Shown here piece after piece: positions 38,222-49,758 of a stretch of DNA of 64,000 nucleotides. Both the position numbers and the translations under genes were made by a program. Below the pieces are notes generated by a model. That model was given only the letters and a program-made list of their open reading frames with translations. It was not told where the DNA came from and made no database searches. This DNA comes from Marsupella aquatica (taxonomy: Eukaryota; Plantae; Marchantiophyta). The stretch's first letter is position 1. Every line of letters starts with the position of its first letter. Location: NCBI GenBank assembly GCA_973895155.1, contig OZ316891.1, positions 14,601,037 through 14,665,036 of the forward strand, given 5' to 3'.

Positions 38222-39489
38222 GGCAGCAGATGTGTCTTTTCTCCCGCTCCTAATGAAAAAAATCCGCTCCTGGAGAAAACACGAGGTCTACAGAGCAGAC
38301 GATGATCAGACTTTGATTCCGTGCTCCTTTGCTGATGGCAAACCCTCAGGAAGCCCTACTACAGAGCTCGAAAGAGCAGCTTTCCAAAGAAAGAGGAGAA
38401 CTCGGTCGGCCGTTCGATGGAGGATGATCAACGTTCAGGGAAGACCCCCGAGTCACCCTAACATGACGGCGTTGAGAGCCAAGATCTTAACCCTACCAGG
38501 TTAATTTTTAATTTTTGTTTGTGCCAATTTGGCAAATGTCACCTTGTGTCAAGAAAAAGTTGAAAGTGAAGCCTTGATGATTACGAGTCTTAAAATAATT
38601 TATGGTTTTTCATCTGCAAGGCAACTAGAGAAGGTGAAGACATGAAAAAAACACAAACCCAAATATTTCATATTAACACAATGAAAATTAATCTAATAGA
38701 ATCTTACTCTTTGTATTCCATGATGGATAATTCAACCAAATGGCCAAAAACTCTTATTCACTTTGATGTAAGTGCTTACCTACTCCTCTAGCACATCCTC
38801 ACAATTAAAATATATATTTGAAATCATGGACATCAAGTTGTTACAATCAAACTAAAATTTTAGGAAATGTGGTCCATGGGGGTTTCAATGAGGGTTTCAA
38901 AGACTAACATTGTGGTCCATGGGAGCATCAATTTAAGGAAAAGATCATGAAATGATGAAATGAAAATATATTTCTCATATAACTTTCTAACATAAATTTC
39001 TGAGCCTCATATCTCTGATATCAAATTTCCTTGACAGATTAAACTATGTGATTGGAACCAATTGACATTATAAGTTAGCTAATTAGAATAATTTTAGCTT
39101 AGTTATGAAGGTTCCCAGAGGCGGGAACCCACTCTAACCACCTGGATTTAACAATAACCTGCAGCTTCTGGCTAACCGGGTTTGTGATTAGGTGGGCAAC
39201 GGCTAATCAAAGAAAAGCCTGGCAAAGACTATTCACTAAGGTGGATTTTGACAGATTTTTGCCTTTAATAATACCTGAACTATATAGTGCATAATTAGTT
39301 CAAGGACCCCTTGGTTAACTCAATGAAAAGTTGCATATTGAAATTTGTTTAAATATGGAGATGAGAGGACAAAAATAATTATAGATTATTCATGGTAACA
39401 ATACAAATATCTTTTGGTATTCTTATGTCCATGGAGCCCAGTAACATTACACAGAGTCCATACAATATGTTACATTAGTGGAAGTGTTT

Positions 39490-39726
39490 TTTTTTTGGTC
39501 TTGAATGGAAATGAGAAGGAAATACAATTAGACTCCCCCCACCCCAATGTGACAGTTTTTCTGTAGGGAACCCAGACCAGGGTGAGCCCCAACTGATCCA
39601 ACAGGGATCCACACCGGGAAGGAAAGAGGATTAAATCAGGCCCCCCCAGTGTGTGGAGGAGGGATTGAACCTGGGACCTCTCAGTTCCAGGCAAATCCCC
39701 TAGCCAATTGACCTAAGCCAATTGGT
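39490..39726 (-). mobile_element. Full-length tRNA-derived SINE
   Basis: Minus strand: A-box-like TAGGTCAATTGG, B-box GGTTCAATCCC (39671-39661), oligo(A) tail (T10 at 39487-39496 on +), and a 15-bp TSD TTAGTGGAAG(T/G)GTTT at 39475-39489 and 39727-39741. Confidence 0.85.
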
Positions 39727-40611
39727 TTAGTGGAAGGGTTTCTTATGGTTCCATGGTATTCCCATTGAAAAGAATGTGTTTTTTTTTTACATTTCCTTGG
39801 TCGTTCTCTGTACACCACAGCCCAAGAGTTTCTTACATAAAGCTGAGGTGTTTCTTTCAACCTATAATTATTTCAAGAAATATGTCAGTAAATAGAAAAT
39901 TCAAACAATTTGTTGGAAATCACTGATATATCAACCATAACCAGTCCAAAGATTATTTTCTCTTACCCTCATTACTCATTTCTTTGATTGTTTGAAGCGT
40001 ACTTTTTTAGTTTTTCATTGTTTTTACAATTACAAGATCTAGTAGTTTTTATTTGTCTTCCCCTAAACTCATATAGTCAAGTATTACTGGTTCTTTTTGC
40101 ATATTAACTGTTCTTGTTTGTGATTAGTAGTGTTGATGTGGTTACACTTGCTTCCAGGTATTTTGAAAAGAGATTCACATGGAGCTCCGTAATGAGAAAT
40201 TGAGATTTACTTTATTATCACTCTTTTTTCCACAGTTTTGGGATATGTGGTTTGGGGGTTTTGAAAGACCAACAATGTGGTCCATAGGATCATTTTCCAT
40301 ATTTTAGGCGTACTTTGATATTTATTTCAAATTGATTGATCATAATATCACTATATTAATTAATAAGTTAAGAAAATCAACGTGGGTTAGTTACTTCACA
40401 TCCTTCAGAATATAAAAACAAAATTCAGTGCTTACACCAGGATGTTTAAAGTACTCTTAAAATGTACACCACAAAATTCTTTTTAGATTTCATGGAACAC
40501 TCTAAAATGTTTTCTCAGCCCAAAAGTTTAATAAATATTTATTGCGCAGAGCAGGATGACACTACGCTAGTACAGGAGGGCTCTACGCTAGTACGTAACG
40601 TAAGAGTTGGC

Positions 40612-40840
40612 AAGCCCAAACGACAGCGTAAGGAATGGAGAGACGCAAATACAGACCCTGTCGCTCAGTGCACTGCGTTAGGTTTAGGGTTTAAGGCGGA
40701 TTTAGTTGGTGTGGAGAAAGTGCGTCAAAGAGTTGGAGCTCGAACGAGTGTTTCCAAGCAGATGTGCTCAGTGCACTTCGTTCGGTTTAGGGTTTAAGGC
40801 GGATTTAGTCGCTGTGCTCGAGAAGGTCCGCCAAAGAGGG
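40612..40840 (+). promoter_or_regulatory. NOP58 promoter/leader: site II motif plus two telo-boxes in a 103-bp duplication
   Basis: AAGCCCAAA (site II, TGGGCY reversed) at 40612; TTAGGGTTT at 40684-40692 and 40787-40795. Telo-box plus site II is the known signature of plant translation and ribosome-biogenesis genes. Confidence 0.7.
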
Positions 40841-40919
40841 GAGATCAAAGTTGTGTTTCGAATCATATCGGAAAGAGGAGGAAGGAGGATCAGGAAGGGA
40901 GAAGCGCACTACCGCGACA

Positions 40920-42578
40920 ATGTTGGTGCTGTTCGAATCGCCTGCGGGCTTCGCCCTGTTCCAAGTGCTCGATGAGGGGAAGCTCGAGAAGGTGGACGAC
41001 TTGTGGAAGGAGTTCGAGTCGCAGGAAGCGGCGAGGCAATTTGTGAAATTGAAGGCGTTCAGCAAATTCGCGAACACAGCAGAGGCTCTGGGAGCTGCCA
41101 CCTCCATCGTAGATAGTAAGCTCAGCAAGGGGCTCAGGAAGTTCCTTAAAGCGAATTGCGAGGGAGAGACGTTGGCTCTGGCGGACTCCAAGCTGGGGAA
41201 CATTATCAAGGAGAAGCTGGCGATTGATTGTGTCAACAACAGCACGGTTATGGAGCTGATGAGAGGGCTGCGTTCGTTGGCCGGAGAACTTATCACTGGT
41301 CTGGAAGGGTACCAGATGGCCCCCATGAGTTTAGGACTTTCTCACAGCCTCTCCAGGTACAAACTCAAATTCAGCCCGGACAAAGTCGACACGATGATTG
41401 TGCAGGCTATCGGATTGTTGGATGACCTAGACAAGGAACTGAACACCTATGCAATGCGAGTTCGAGAGTGGTACGGGTGGCATTTTCCTGAGCTTTCGAA
41501 GATAATTCAGGACAACATTCAGTATGCGAAGGTCGTTAAGTTGACAGGTAGCAGGACCGAGGCTGCCAAGCTCGACTATTCAGCTTTTCTGGCGGAAGAG
41601 CTGGAGGTGGAAATGAAGGAGGCTGCAGTCATTTCAATGGGAACAGAAGTTAGTGATCATGACATGCTCAACATCAAGTCCCTCTGCGATCAAGTAATTG
41701 CTTTGTCGGAGTACAGAATTCAGCTTTTTGATTACTTGCGAAGTAGAATGACAGCAATTGCTCCCAATCTGACAGTGCTGGTAGGCGAGCTCGTCGGAGC
41801 TCGTCTCATCGCACATGCCGGTAGTTTGATTAATCTTGCAAAGCATCCTGCTAGTACGGTGCAAATTCTGGGTGCGGAAAAGGCGCTTTTCAGAGCTCTT
41901 AAGACGAAGCACGAAACCCCCAAGTATGGTCTTATATATCATGCTTCTTTAATAGGGCAGGCAGCTCCGAAGTTCAAGGGTAAGATTTCTCGCATCCTAG
42001 CTGCGAAGTCAGCATTGTCAATCCGACTGGATGCTCTCGGTGAAGGATCCGAAGCTACTATTGGCATTGAGAATAGGTTGAAGGTCGAGGCAAGATTAAG
42101 GCAACTGGAAGGAAGAACTCTCACGTCGATTAGCGGAGCAGGGAAGAGTAAAGCTAAGCTGAACTCATACGACAAAGATAAGAAGAATGGATCGGACCTT
42201 GTCACAGCGGCCAAAACTTATAACCCAGCTGCAGACTCACTATTAGCGGCAGCGACAATAGTAGTGGAGGACGGACCACCCGCAAAGAAGCAAAAGAAGG
42301 TACGAGAAGTGGTGGAAGTAGAGGAAACCGCAGTAGAACCTGAGAAGAAAAAGAAGAAGAAAAAGGCTGCGGAGGTGGTGGCGATCGTGAAGGACGACGA
42401 GCAACAGGAGGTCGCAGTGGAGACTAAGCCTGTTGATGCTACTGTCTCGAAGAAGGATAAGAAGAGAAAGAAAGTCGAGTCCGTGGAGGTGACCGAGATA
42501 GAAAGCACAGAAGTAGTCGTAAACGGTAGCTCTGTAAAAAAGTCGAAAGTTAAGAAGGTGAAGGCATCAACAACGTAG
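40920..42578 (+). CDS. NOP58: Nucleolar protein 58 / NOP5, box C/D snoRNP core, single exon
   Basis: ATG at 40920: MLVLFESPAGFALF, SLGLSHSLSRYKLKFSPDKVDTMIVQAIGLLDDLDKELNTYAMRVREWYGWHFPEL, ASTVQILGAEKALFRALKTKHETPKYGLIYH, and a K/E-rich tail. Confidence 0.96.
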   Translation: MLVLFESPAGFALFQVLDEGKLEKVDDLWKEFESQEAARQFVKLKAFSKFANTAEALGAATSIVDSKLSKGLRKFLKANCEGETLALADSKLGNIIKEKLAIDCVNNSTVMELMRGLRSLAGELITGLEGYQMAPMSLGLSHSLSRYKLKFSPDKVDTMIVQAIGLLDDLDKELNTYAMRVREWYGWHFPELSKIIQDNIQYAKVVKLTGSRTEAAKLDYSAFLAEELEVEMKEAAVISMGTEVSDHDMLNIKSLCDQVIALSEYRIQLFDYLRSRMTAIAPNLTVLVGELVGARLIAHAGSLINLAKHPASTVQILGAEKALFRALKTKHETPKYGLIYHASLIGQAAPKFKGKISRILAAKSALSIRLDALGEGSEATIGIENRLKVEARLRQLEGRTLTSISGAGKSKAKLNSYDKDKKNGSDLVTAAKTYNPAADSLLAAATIVVEDGPPAKKQKKVREVVEVEETAVEPEKKKKKKKAAEVVAIVKDDEQQEVAVETKPVDATVSKKDKKRKKVESVEVTEIESTEVVVNGSSVKKSKVKKVKASTT

Positions 42579-43657
42579 AGCTACACATGTTAGATGTGTT
42601 ATTGAGGTAGTGTTTGTGCTAGGTTCTGCTCATGGAGCCTCTGAAAACGTGAGGACTCACAGTGGGGTGGGGAACTTTATTCTAGCGAGCTTTATAATTA
42701 TAGTTGTATACAAAGGATGATCCCACGTTGCCGTTCGATTTAGATACAAATTGCTTGTACTTTTCTTCCTGTTTTAGCAACAGAACTAATTCTGTTGCAT
42801 AATTTTGCCCACGAAAGATGGAGGCGGAATTCAAGCTTCCATGAAGATGTTCGTCCAGCATTGCGTATTTCTTTGTGAAACCCGTTTAGGTTTTCCACGT
42901 CACAGTGCGCTGTTTTAACTAGCAACAGAGTTCGGCCGATTCGTACGGGAATTTCTGCATGACAGACCCCCAGTCAAGCAAGCACTCTATGTTGAATAAA
43001 CACGGCTCCTCTTCATAACCATTGTCCTCTGCAATCTTCCAGAATTTTTTTAGCAGCTAGCGCTTTAGGCAGGCAATCTTGGTATGCCGTTAATTTTTGT
43101 TGCTCCTATACAATAATGCCCATTGGTACTGCTGTTGTTCTCGTTGATAGATGTCTGCATTGCGTGCGTTAAGTTGATATCACCAGTTCATCACGTACAA
43201 CTTGACACTAACCGGTTTATGGGCGTAACAGCATTTTGTCATTCCTTAATTCTCTTCACTTGATTTCCGCCATCGTTTAGTCACTCATCTTCTCTCACTT
43301 TTCACCTTCAATGCAGGCAACCTCGGCTTCATACATGTGACGTGTACTTCGACCTTACTTGGGTTATGCCCCACACTCACTCGGAAGTGATAGACTTTCG
43401 TTAGGTGACGATACGAACCATGAATTCACATGTCCGACTCATTCTGGTCCATCTAGGTCACCGTGTATTGCTGTCTTTCCTGGTTTTCTGTGCTGTGAGC
43501 TGTACGTCAATCTTTCTCTAATTTCTTGGTCATCTCAGATGCAATCCTGGGAAGGTCAACAAAGGACGTGAGCGCCCATCGAGCTATGGATATTGTAAAC
43601 TTCTGTTGCCAGGGCGTTGTGGGCTTTGAGCTCAAAAAATGAGGGCTGTGGCCCATA

Positions 43658-43920
43658 TTTTGAGGGGCAATTATTTCCCTTAAGGCCCTGGTAACAAGGT
43701 GACACAATACTTTAATCCCTTCAAGATGCTCGAATGCCCAAATAGAAGGCTGTAGCTCAAGTTTCGAGGGGCTATCATAGCCCTTAATGCACTGGTAACA
43801 AGGAGTTCAAAACACTCTAATCCCTGAAAGATGCTCAAACGCCCAGCTTTAACCCAAGTTTTGAGGGGCTACTATTGCGCCGATAACAAGGAGTTAAAGG
43901 AGTCTAATCCCTGAAAGATT
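43658..43920. repeat. ~90-105-bp degenerate tandem repeat, 3 copies
   Basis: TT(T/C)GAGGGGC...TAACAAGG...TAATCCCT recurs at ~43658, ~43762, ~43859. Confidence 0.7.
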
Positions 43921-44864
43921 TTGCTCTCTTACTATGTTGACTGTGTTTCTCCTTTCCTCACACTTCAAACTTAAACCCAAATTTCATCCAATTTTAGATT
44001 TTAGGTTAACCAAGAGACAAGTCCTGGACAAACTTTAAATTGCACCTTGGTAACAAAAAGTTAAACCACAGCTGCCCCTATAAAGGGCTACGGGTAACCC
44101 GTAGCTCCTGTAGCTCTCATTGTAAAGAGTACAGGTTTAGGAATGGGCTATAAGCTCCACAAAAGGTGTTGACTGCAAAACCTTTTTTTGGCAAATGCTC
44201 CACAAAAGGTGTTAGTGTTCCACCTTTTATGGTGACTAGTGAGACATGGAATGAGGCTTTTATAGTGGCAGGTGTGGTTTTAAGCGTTCCACTACCTGAA
44301 ATATTTTCCACTCATGATTAAAAACTGATTGCTTTATAACACAGAAAAAGTCATAACAAATGGCCAAGATGCCTATTTGTATCCCAAAAGCAATTTGTAA
44401 AAACTACTACAATAGGTACACTAAAGAAAGGACAAGAAAGAGTTTGTGAGGAAGCCTAATTGAGCCAGCTTGACAGATGACTGGAGACCTGAAAAAGAAA
44501 ATGATGCTTGGATCATAGCAACCAGCCTTGACCTGAAAAACAAAATGAAGCTCTCGCAGATCCCCACATCTGATAAGATGCTCAGACAGGCCATTGCAAC
44601 TTCTATCGACTAAACTAGACAGACAATTGAAACTCGTATAGGATGCTTTGACATGTTATTCCTTTACTCTGATCACTCTATACTATTAATTGCAAAGCAC
44701 AACACTCTAGTTGGGGGCTAGTCTATGCAGGACACTCTGGCAGACCCTTTCACCTTTATTGAAGTGTGAAGGACTGGCCGATGTTTTGTTTTTAGTTATA
44801 AATGCTCACCCCATTTCAACTTATATAGTTTGCTTGAAAAAAATTGCTTAAGGGCAAATATATA

Positions 44865-45001
44865 TTGCTTACCCTTTCACATTTGGCCTCAAGCAATCTT
44901 AAGTAATCAATATTTGGCCTTAAGCAATCTTAAGCAATCAATATTTGGCCTTAGGCAATCTTTAGCAATCAATGTTTCGCCAAATGTGAAGGGGTAAGCA
45001 A
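44865..45001. repeat. Foldback element: 23-bp inverted repeats enclosing ~31-bp tandem units
   Basis: TTGCTTACCCTTTCACATTTGGC (44865-44887) versus GCCAAATGTGAAGGGGTAAGCAA (44979-45001), 1 mismatch; interior CTTAAGCAATCTTAAGCAATCAATATTTGGC-like units x3. Confidence 0.75.
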
Positions 45002-45263
45002 AGGCTCAATTCTTGAGAAACCCAACATATTTACCTATAAAATTCTTTACAGTGTAACATCTTGTCAAATCTTAGAATAACTGTAGATCTTGAGGGGCAG
45101 CTATTAGAAGTTGGTAAATGTGACACCCCCTCCTTTGGGCCAATTTACTCGATTTTTATCCTTATGTTCCCTTTGTATCATTCTGGTGAAACTTCACTAT
45201 GGCTGGCTGGCTTTCAAGGTGGTCCAAACACTTCACATCAGCATTTACTTGGGCCCACTACCT

Positions 45264-48200
45264 TGTTAGATATTGCTCTAGTCTTGTGACTCATGAGCTA
45301 ATCACAGTTAGTCTAACTCGGGTTAGGACTTAGCTAATGTTAGCGGTAGTGCTGTTGTGCATATAGCCAGGGCTGATGCCAGACCCTGGTGGAACTTAGG
45401 CTCATTGTTACGGAGCTAGTTGAGAGATAGGGAGAGCTTGTGTTGTGGATGCTTGGTATGGCCGATCAGCCTAGAGTGCAGTAAAGCTCTTATGTGTTCC
45501 CGTGGACGTAGCCTCATGTGGAGGTGAACCACGTATCTCTCTGTGTCGACTCTTGTGCGTTGGATGGATTCATGGGCTTGCCGTTGCGAATGTCGTCTTT
45601 GCTCAACAAGTGGTATCAGAGCGATGAATACATTTCCGGTGAATTTGGAACGTATTGTAAGGAGCAGGGGATTACCCACCATCTCACAACAAGCTATACT
45701 CCTCAGCAGAATGGTGTTTCTGAGAGACTCAACCGAACACTATTGGACCGCTCGAGGAGTATGTTGAGTCAATCATGCTTACCACATGAGTTTTGGGCTG
45801 AAGCTGTTAACACTGCAGCTTATTTGGTAAATTTTTCTCCATCCAGTTCTATTGGATTCGAGACGCCATATGAAATGAGGTACGGGCGTCCAGCAGATTA
45901 TTCACATCTGAGGATTTTTGGATGTGATGCTTATGTGCTTACACCTTCCCAGCTTCGATCCAAGCTGGAGTCCAAGTCGAAGAAGTGCATTTTCCTTGGC
46001 TATCAGAAAGGTGTGAAGGGTTATAGGTTATGGGATCCAGTAACCTGTAAACTAATTGTCAGTAGAGATGTGTCCTTTAATGAGTCCAGATCATCAAAGG
46101 AGGGGGAGAGTTCTCAGGACTTCCATACTGACAAGGGGAAATCTCCCATCCCGGACCCGATTGAGGGGGAGATTAGTCATGATGCTAATCATGACAGGAG
46201 AGATGGAGAAGCTCCGGGCTTGGAGCTGGTTCCTGTGATGGAACAAGAGGAGCAGATTGTTGCTAGGGTACCTCAAATTCAACCAGCAACAGCAGCAGAT
46301 CAGCCTGAGTCATCTACTAGAAGAACTTCTAGTCATTCTACTAGAGCTCCTACCAGGTATGGTCAATAGGCAGACTCATCTAAGCTAGATGATATTGACA
46401 TTGCACCTGATGATGATGACATAGCTTTGATCTTGGAAGAAGGAGAGCCTTCTTCGTACAGTGAGGCTTGTGCTTCAGAGCAAAAGCATGAGTGGAATGC
46501 AACAATGCAGAGGGAGTTGCAATCTTTGAGTGACAACAAGACATGGGAGCTGGTGGAGCTTCCAAGAGGTCAGCAAGTGGTGGACAGCAAGTGGATTTAC
46601 AAGTTGAAAGACAGTCCTTCAGAGGGTGGAGATAAGATCTACAAGGCAAGGCTTGTTGCCAAGGGGTTCACTCAGGAGAAAGGAGTGGATTACAATGAGG
46701 TCTTTTCACCGGTGGCTAAGTATTCCACAATTCGGATCTTGTGTCAGCTTGTTGTGTTTTTTAATCTGGTGATGGATCAGATGGATGTTGTTACTGCTTT
46801 TCTTTATGGCAACTTGGAAGAGATGATCTTCATGAGACAACCGCTAGGCTTTATGAAGAAAGGCCAAGAGAACTTAGTTTGCAGATTGCTCAAGTCCTTG
46901 TATGGATTGAAGCAGTCTCCCAGACAGTGAAACAAGCGGTTTGATGATTTCATGCTTGCTCAAGATTTTACAAGGATGGTGTATGATCCTTGTGTGTATA
47001 CGAAATCAATCAAGAATGATGTATTTGGTTTCATCATTCTGGTGATCTATGTGGATGACATGCTAATTGTGGCTAAAGATCAATCTGAGGTTGACAGTCT
47101 CAAGGCGAAATTGAGTGCTGAATTCAGGATGAAGGATCTTGGTAAGGCCAAGAGGATCTTAGGGATGGAGATTTTTAGGAACTCTGATACTGGACAGTTG
47201 TGCTTGAGTCAAGGCCAGTATGCGAGGAAAGTACTTGCACGATTCAACATGGAAAACTGTAAGCCAGTGAGTATTCCTTTAGCTTCACATTTCAAGTTAT
47301 CATCGGCTTTCTCTCCTACGGATGCTGTGGAGAAAGGTTTGATGGCTAAGATTCCTTATGAGAAGGCAGTAGGCAGTCTGATGTATTTGATGACTTGTAC
47401 TAGGCCTGACTTAGCCCTAGCGATGGGCAAGGTTAGCAGATTCATGTCAAATCCAGGGAAGGTACATTGGAAAGCTGTGAAGTGGATTCTCAAGTATCTG
47501 AAGGGTACACAGGACTATGGATTACTATTTGATAATAGATCAGATAGAACGTTAGTTGGCTATGTAGATTCTGACTATGGAGGCTGTCTGGATACAAGGA
47601 GGTCTATAATTGGGTTTATATACACTCTTGGAGGAGGATGTATCAGTTGGAAATCTACCTTGCAGAAGTGCATATCTCAGTCTACTACAGAAGCAGAGTA
47701 TGTTGCAGCAGCAGAAGCAGCAAAGGAAGCAATTTGGTTGGATAAGTTGATCGCGGAGATGGGTTTAGAGCATGGAAAAATGACTCTAAATTGTGATAGT
47801 CAGAGTGCTCTTCACTTGGCTGCTAACCAGGTGATGGATAGCAGGGTGAAGCACATTGATATCAGGTACCATTTTATCAGGCAAGCAGTGTCTGATAAAA
47901 CTTTTGAGCTAGTCAAGATTGATGGAAAGCTCAATCCCGCTGATGCCTTTACCAAAGTGATTCCTTTGGAGAGTTTCTCAAGACACCGTGCTACTTTGCA
48001 GGTTTTGCAGTTGTAGTGCAAGTAGAGTTATTTAACAATGTGTGACTATTTGTATATGGATTACTCATTCCTGTTTGGCTACGGCTTAGTTCTAGTTAAC
48101 CCTTAGTTAACCCTTGTGGTTTTTAGGGGGAGAACTGGTTTGGTGATTGTCTAGAACTTCCCGCTGAGGATTCCATATGGTAGCATTTAGTCTAGTCCCC

Positions 48201-48568
48201 AAGACAAGAGTCAAGGGGGAGTTTGTTAGATATTGCTCTAGTCTTGTGACTCATGAGCTAATCACAGTTAGTCTAACTCGGGTTAGGACTTAGCTAATGT
48301 TAGCGGTAGTGCTGTTGTGCATATAGCCAGGGCTGATGCCAGACCCTGGTGGAACTTAGGCTCATTGTTACGAAGCTAGTTGAGAGATAGGGAGAGCTTG
48401 TGCTGTGGATGCTTGGTATGGCCGATCGGCCTAGAGTGCAGTAAAGCTCTTATGTGTTCCCGTGGACGTAGCCTCATGTGGAGGTGAACCACGTATCTCT
48501 CTGTGTCGACTCTTGTGCGTTGGATAGATTCATGGGCTTGCCGTTGCGAATGTCGTCTTTGCTCAACA
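45264..48568 (+). mobile_element. Ty1/copia (Tnt1/Tork-like) LTR retrotransposon with internal deletion
   Basis: 345-bp TG..CA LTRs at 45264-45608 and 48224-48568 (4 transitions), TACCT TSD, iMet PBS TGGTATCAGAGC at 45611-45622, PPT AAGGGGGAG at 48213-48221. Confidence 0.97.
45623..48016 (+). pseudogene. Truncated copia pol (partial integrase, RT, RNase H) with two nonsense codons
   Basis: One frame: TPQQNGVSERLNRTL, CIFLGY..GVKGYRLWDP, YKARLVAKGFTQ, QMDVVTAFL, LYGLKQSPRQ, YVDDML, STTEAEY, KHIDIRYHF, NPADAFTK. Stops are TAG at 46367-46369 and TGA at 46928-46930; the latter replaces the conserved Trp of SPRQW. Confidence 0.93.
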
Positions 48569-49758
48569 TACCTAGGATTGGTAGACACCCTATCTGAACT
48601 TTCCAACTTCTTGTACAGCCACCTGCACCCGTTTCAACTGATTACACGGTCATGGTTTAATCTTGCAGGGAATGCAGAGCATGGTCCCCACTTCTTGTAA
48701 AGGCCCCCACTTCTTGTAAAGGCCACCCTGAAATTCATTTGACCATGACTTGTACTAAAAACTAAACTTAAACAGTATTGTGTTAGATTGGATATATAAT
48801 CCGTACAACAACCCATTGCTCTTCAAGTTCATGCTACTCTTCAGCAGACTCACATTGTGCATAAGGCCAGACGGTTACATCAGACCCTTTTTGAACTCAC
48901 TGAACTGACTGCTAGGGTTTCTAGGGCTTCTATCGGCACTAGTCACACATAGCTGAGGTCTTTGTTGTTGGAGCCCTGTTCACTCCAGTGTTGAGGCCCC
49001 CGTTTGCCTGCGGGTGGTGTCTTGTTTGCCTGCGGGTGGTGCCTTGTTTGCCTATTGTGTAACTTAGAGTTTTTGCTTTCTCCCCCCTTGGCCCTTCTTT
49101 AGGAGGTGACCTTGTGTACTGTTGGGGTGGTTTTTGGCGTTTAGTCGCCGTTTGGGTTGTGTGTGGCCCTCTATGTGGTTTGTTATCTGCCTCGCTGGTC
49201 TTCAGCACGGTGGCTTCTCTAATAACCATGTATTTTCACCCCCAAAAAAACAAAACAAAACAACCAAACCCATAAACCTTTGGAGATGCTCTTAGTATCC
49301 ACCTAAAACACTAATCAAATCACCCTGAAAAGATTCAAATCACCCAGACCTTGTAATGCCACCCTGAGTTTCATTTGACCATGACTCCTACTTACACTAA
49401 TCTAACAAAGGGTGTCCTGTCAGACTGGGTACTTACTCCTTAGAGCAACAAAACCTGCAGTAACCTTTGGAAATGCTCTTAATGTCTACATAACTAATCG
49501 TGATGAGAAGCCACATTTAGGGTCTAGGTTTTAGAGTGAAGCCAGTAGATCGTGACTCTAGGTCCCACCCAAATTTATGTGCATCTAAAGAAGGGAAAAA
49601 AATCATGTATGTCAAAATGATAATATGGATGATCATTTTTGTCACCGTCTCTATTAATATTAATATTAATATATAAAGAATGGGTATTCAGCTCATCTTG
49701 GTCAAATACTCATCAAATCGCCATTAAAGTGCAGGATGCGGATGCAGGGCATGCGGAC

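Noticed and set aside
39655-39726. tRNA gene
   Set aside because: A/B boxes are present, but there is no evident cloverleaf, and the body, A-tail and TSD indicate a SINE.
40684-40795. TTTAGGG sequences as an interstitial telomere or telomerase RNA template
   Set aside because: Only 1-2 units each, in the NOP58 promoter with a site II motif; no snRNA-type USE/TATA promoter seen. Best explained as telo-boxes.
46367-46930. In-frame stops in pol as programmed readthrough
   Set aside because: The TGA replaces a conserved RT Trp (SPRQW) and both stops are one G-to-A change from TGG, as expected for mutational decay.
19564-48568. The gag-relic element and the pol-only element as a two-component complementary retrotransposon
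   Set aside because: Their LTRs are unrelated, they use different primers (half tRNA-Ile versus iMet), and neither encodes an intact protein.
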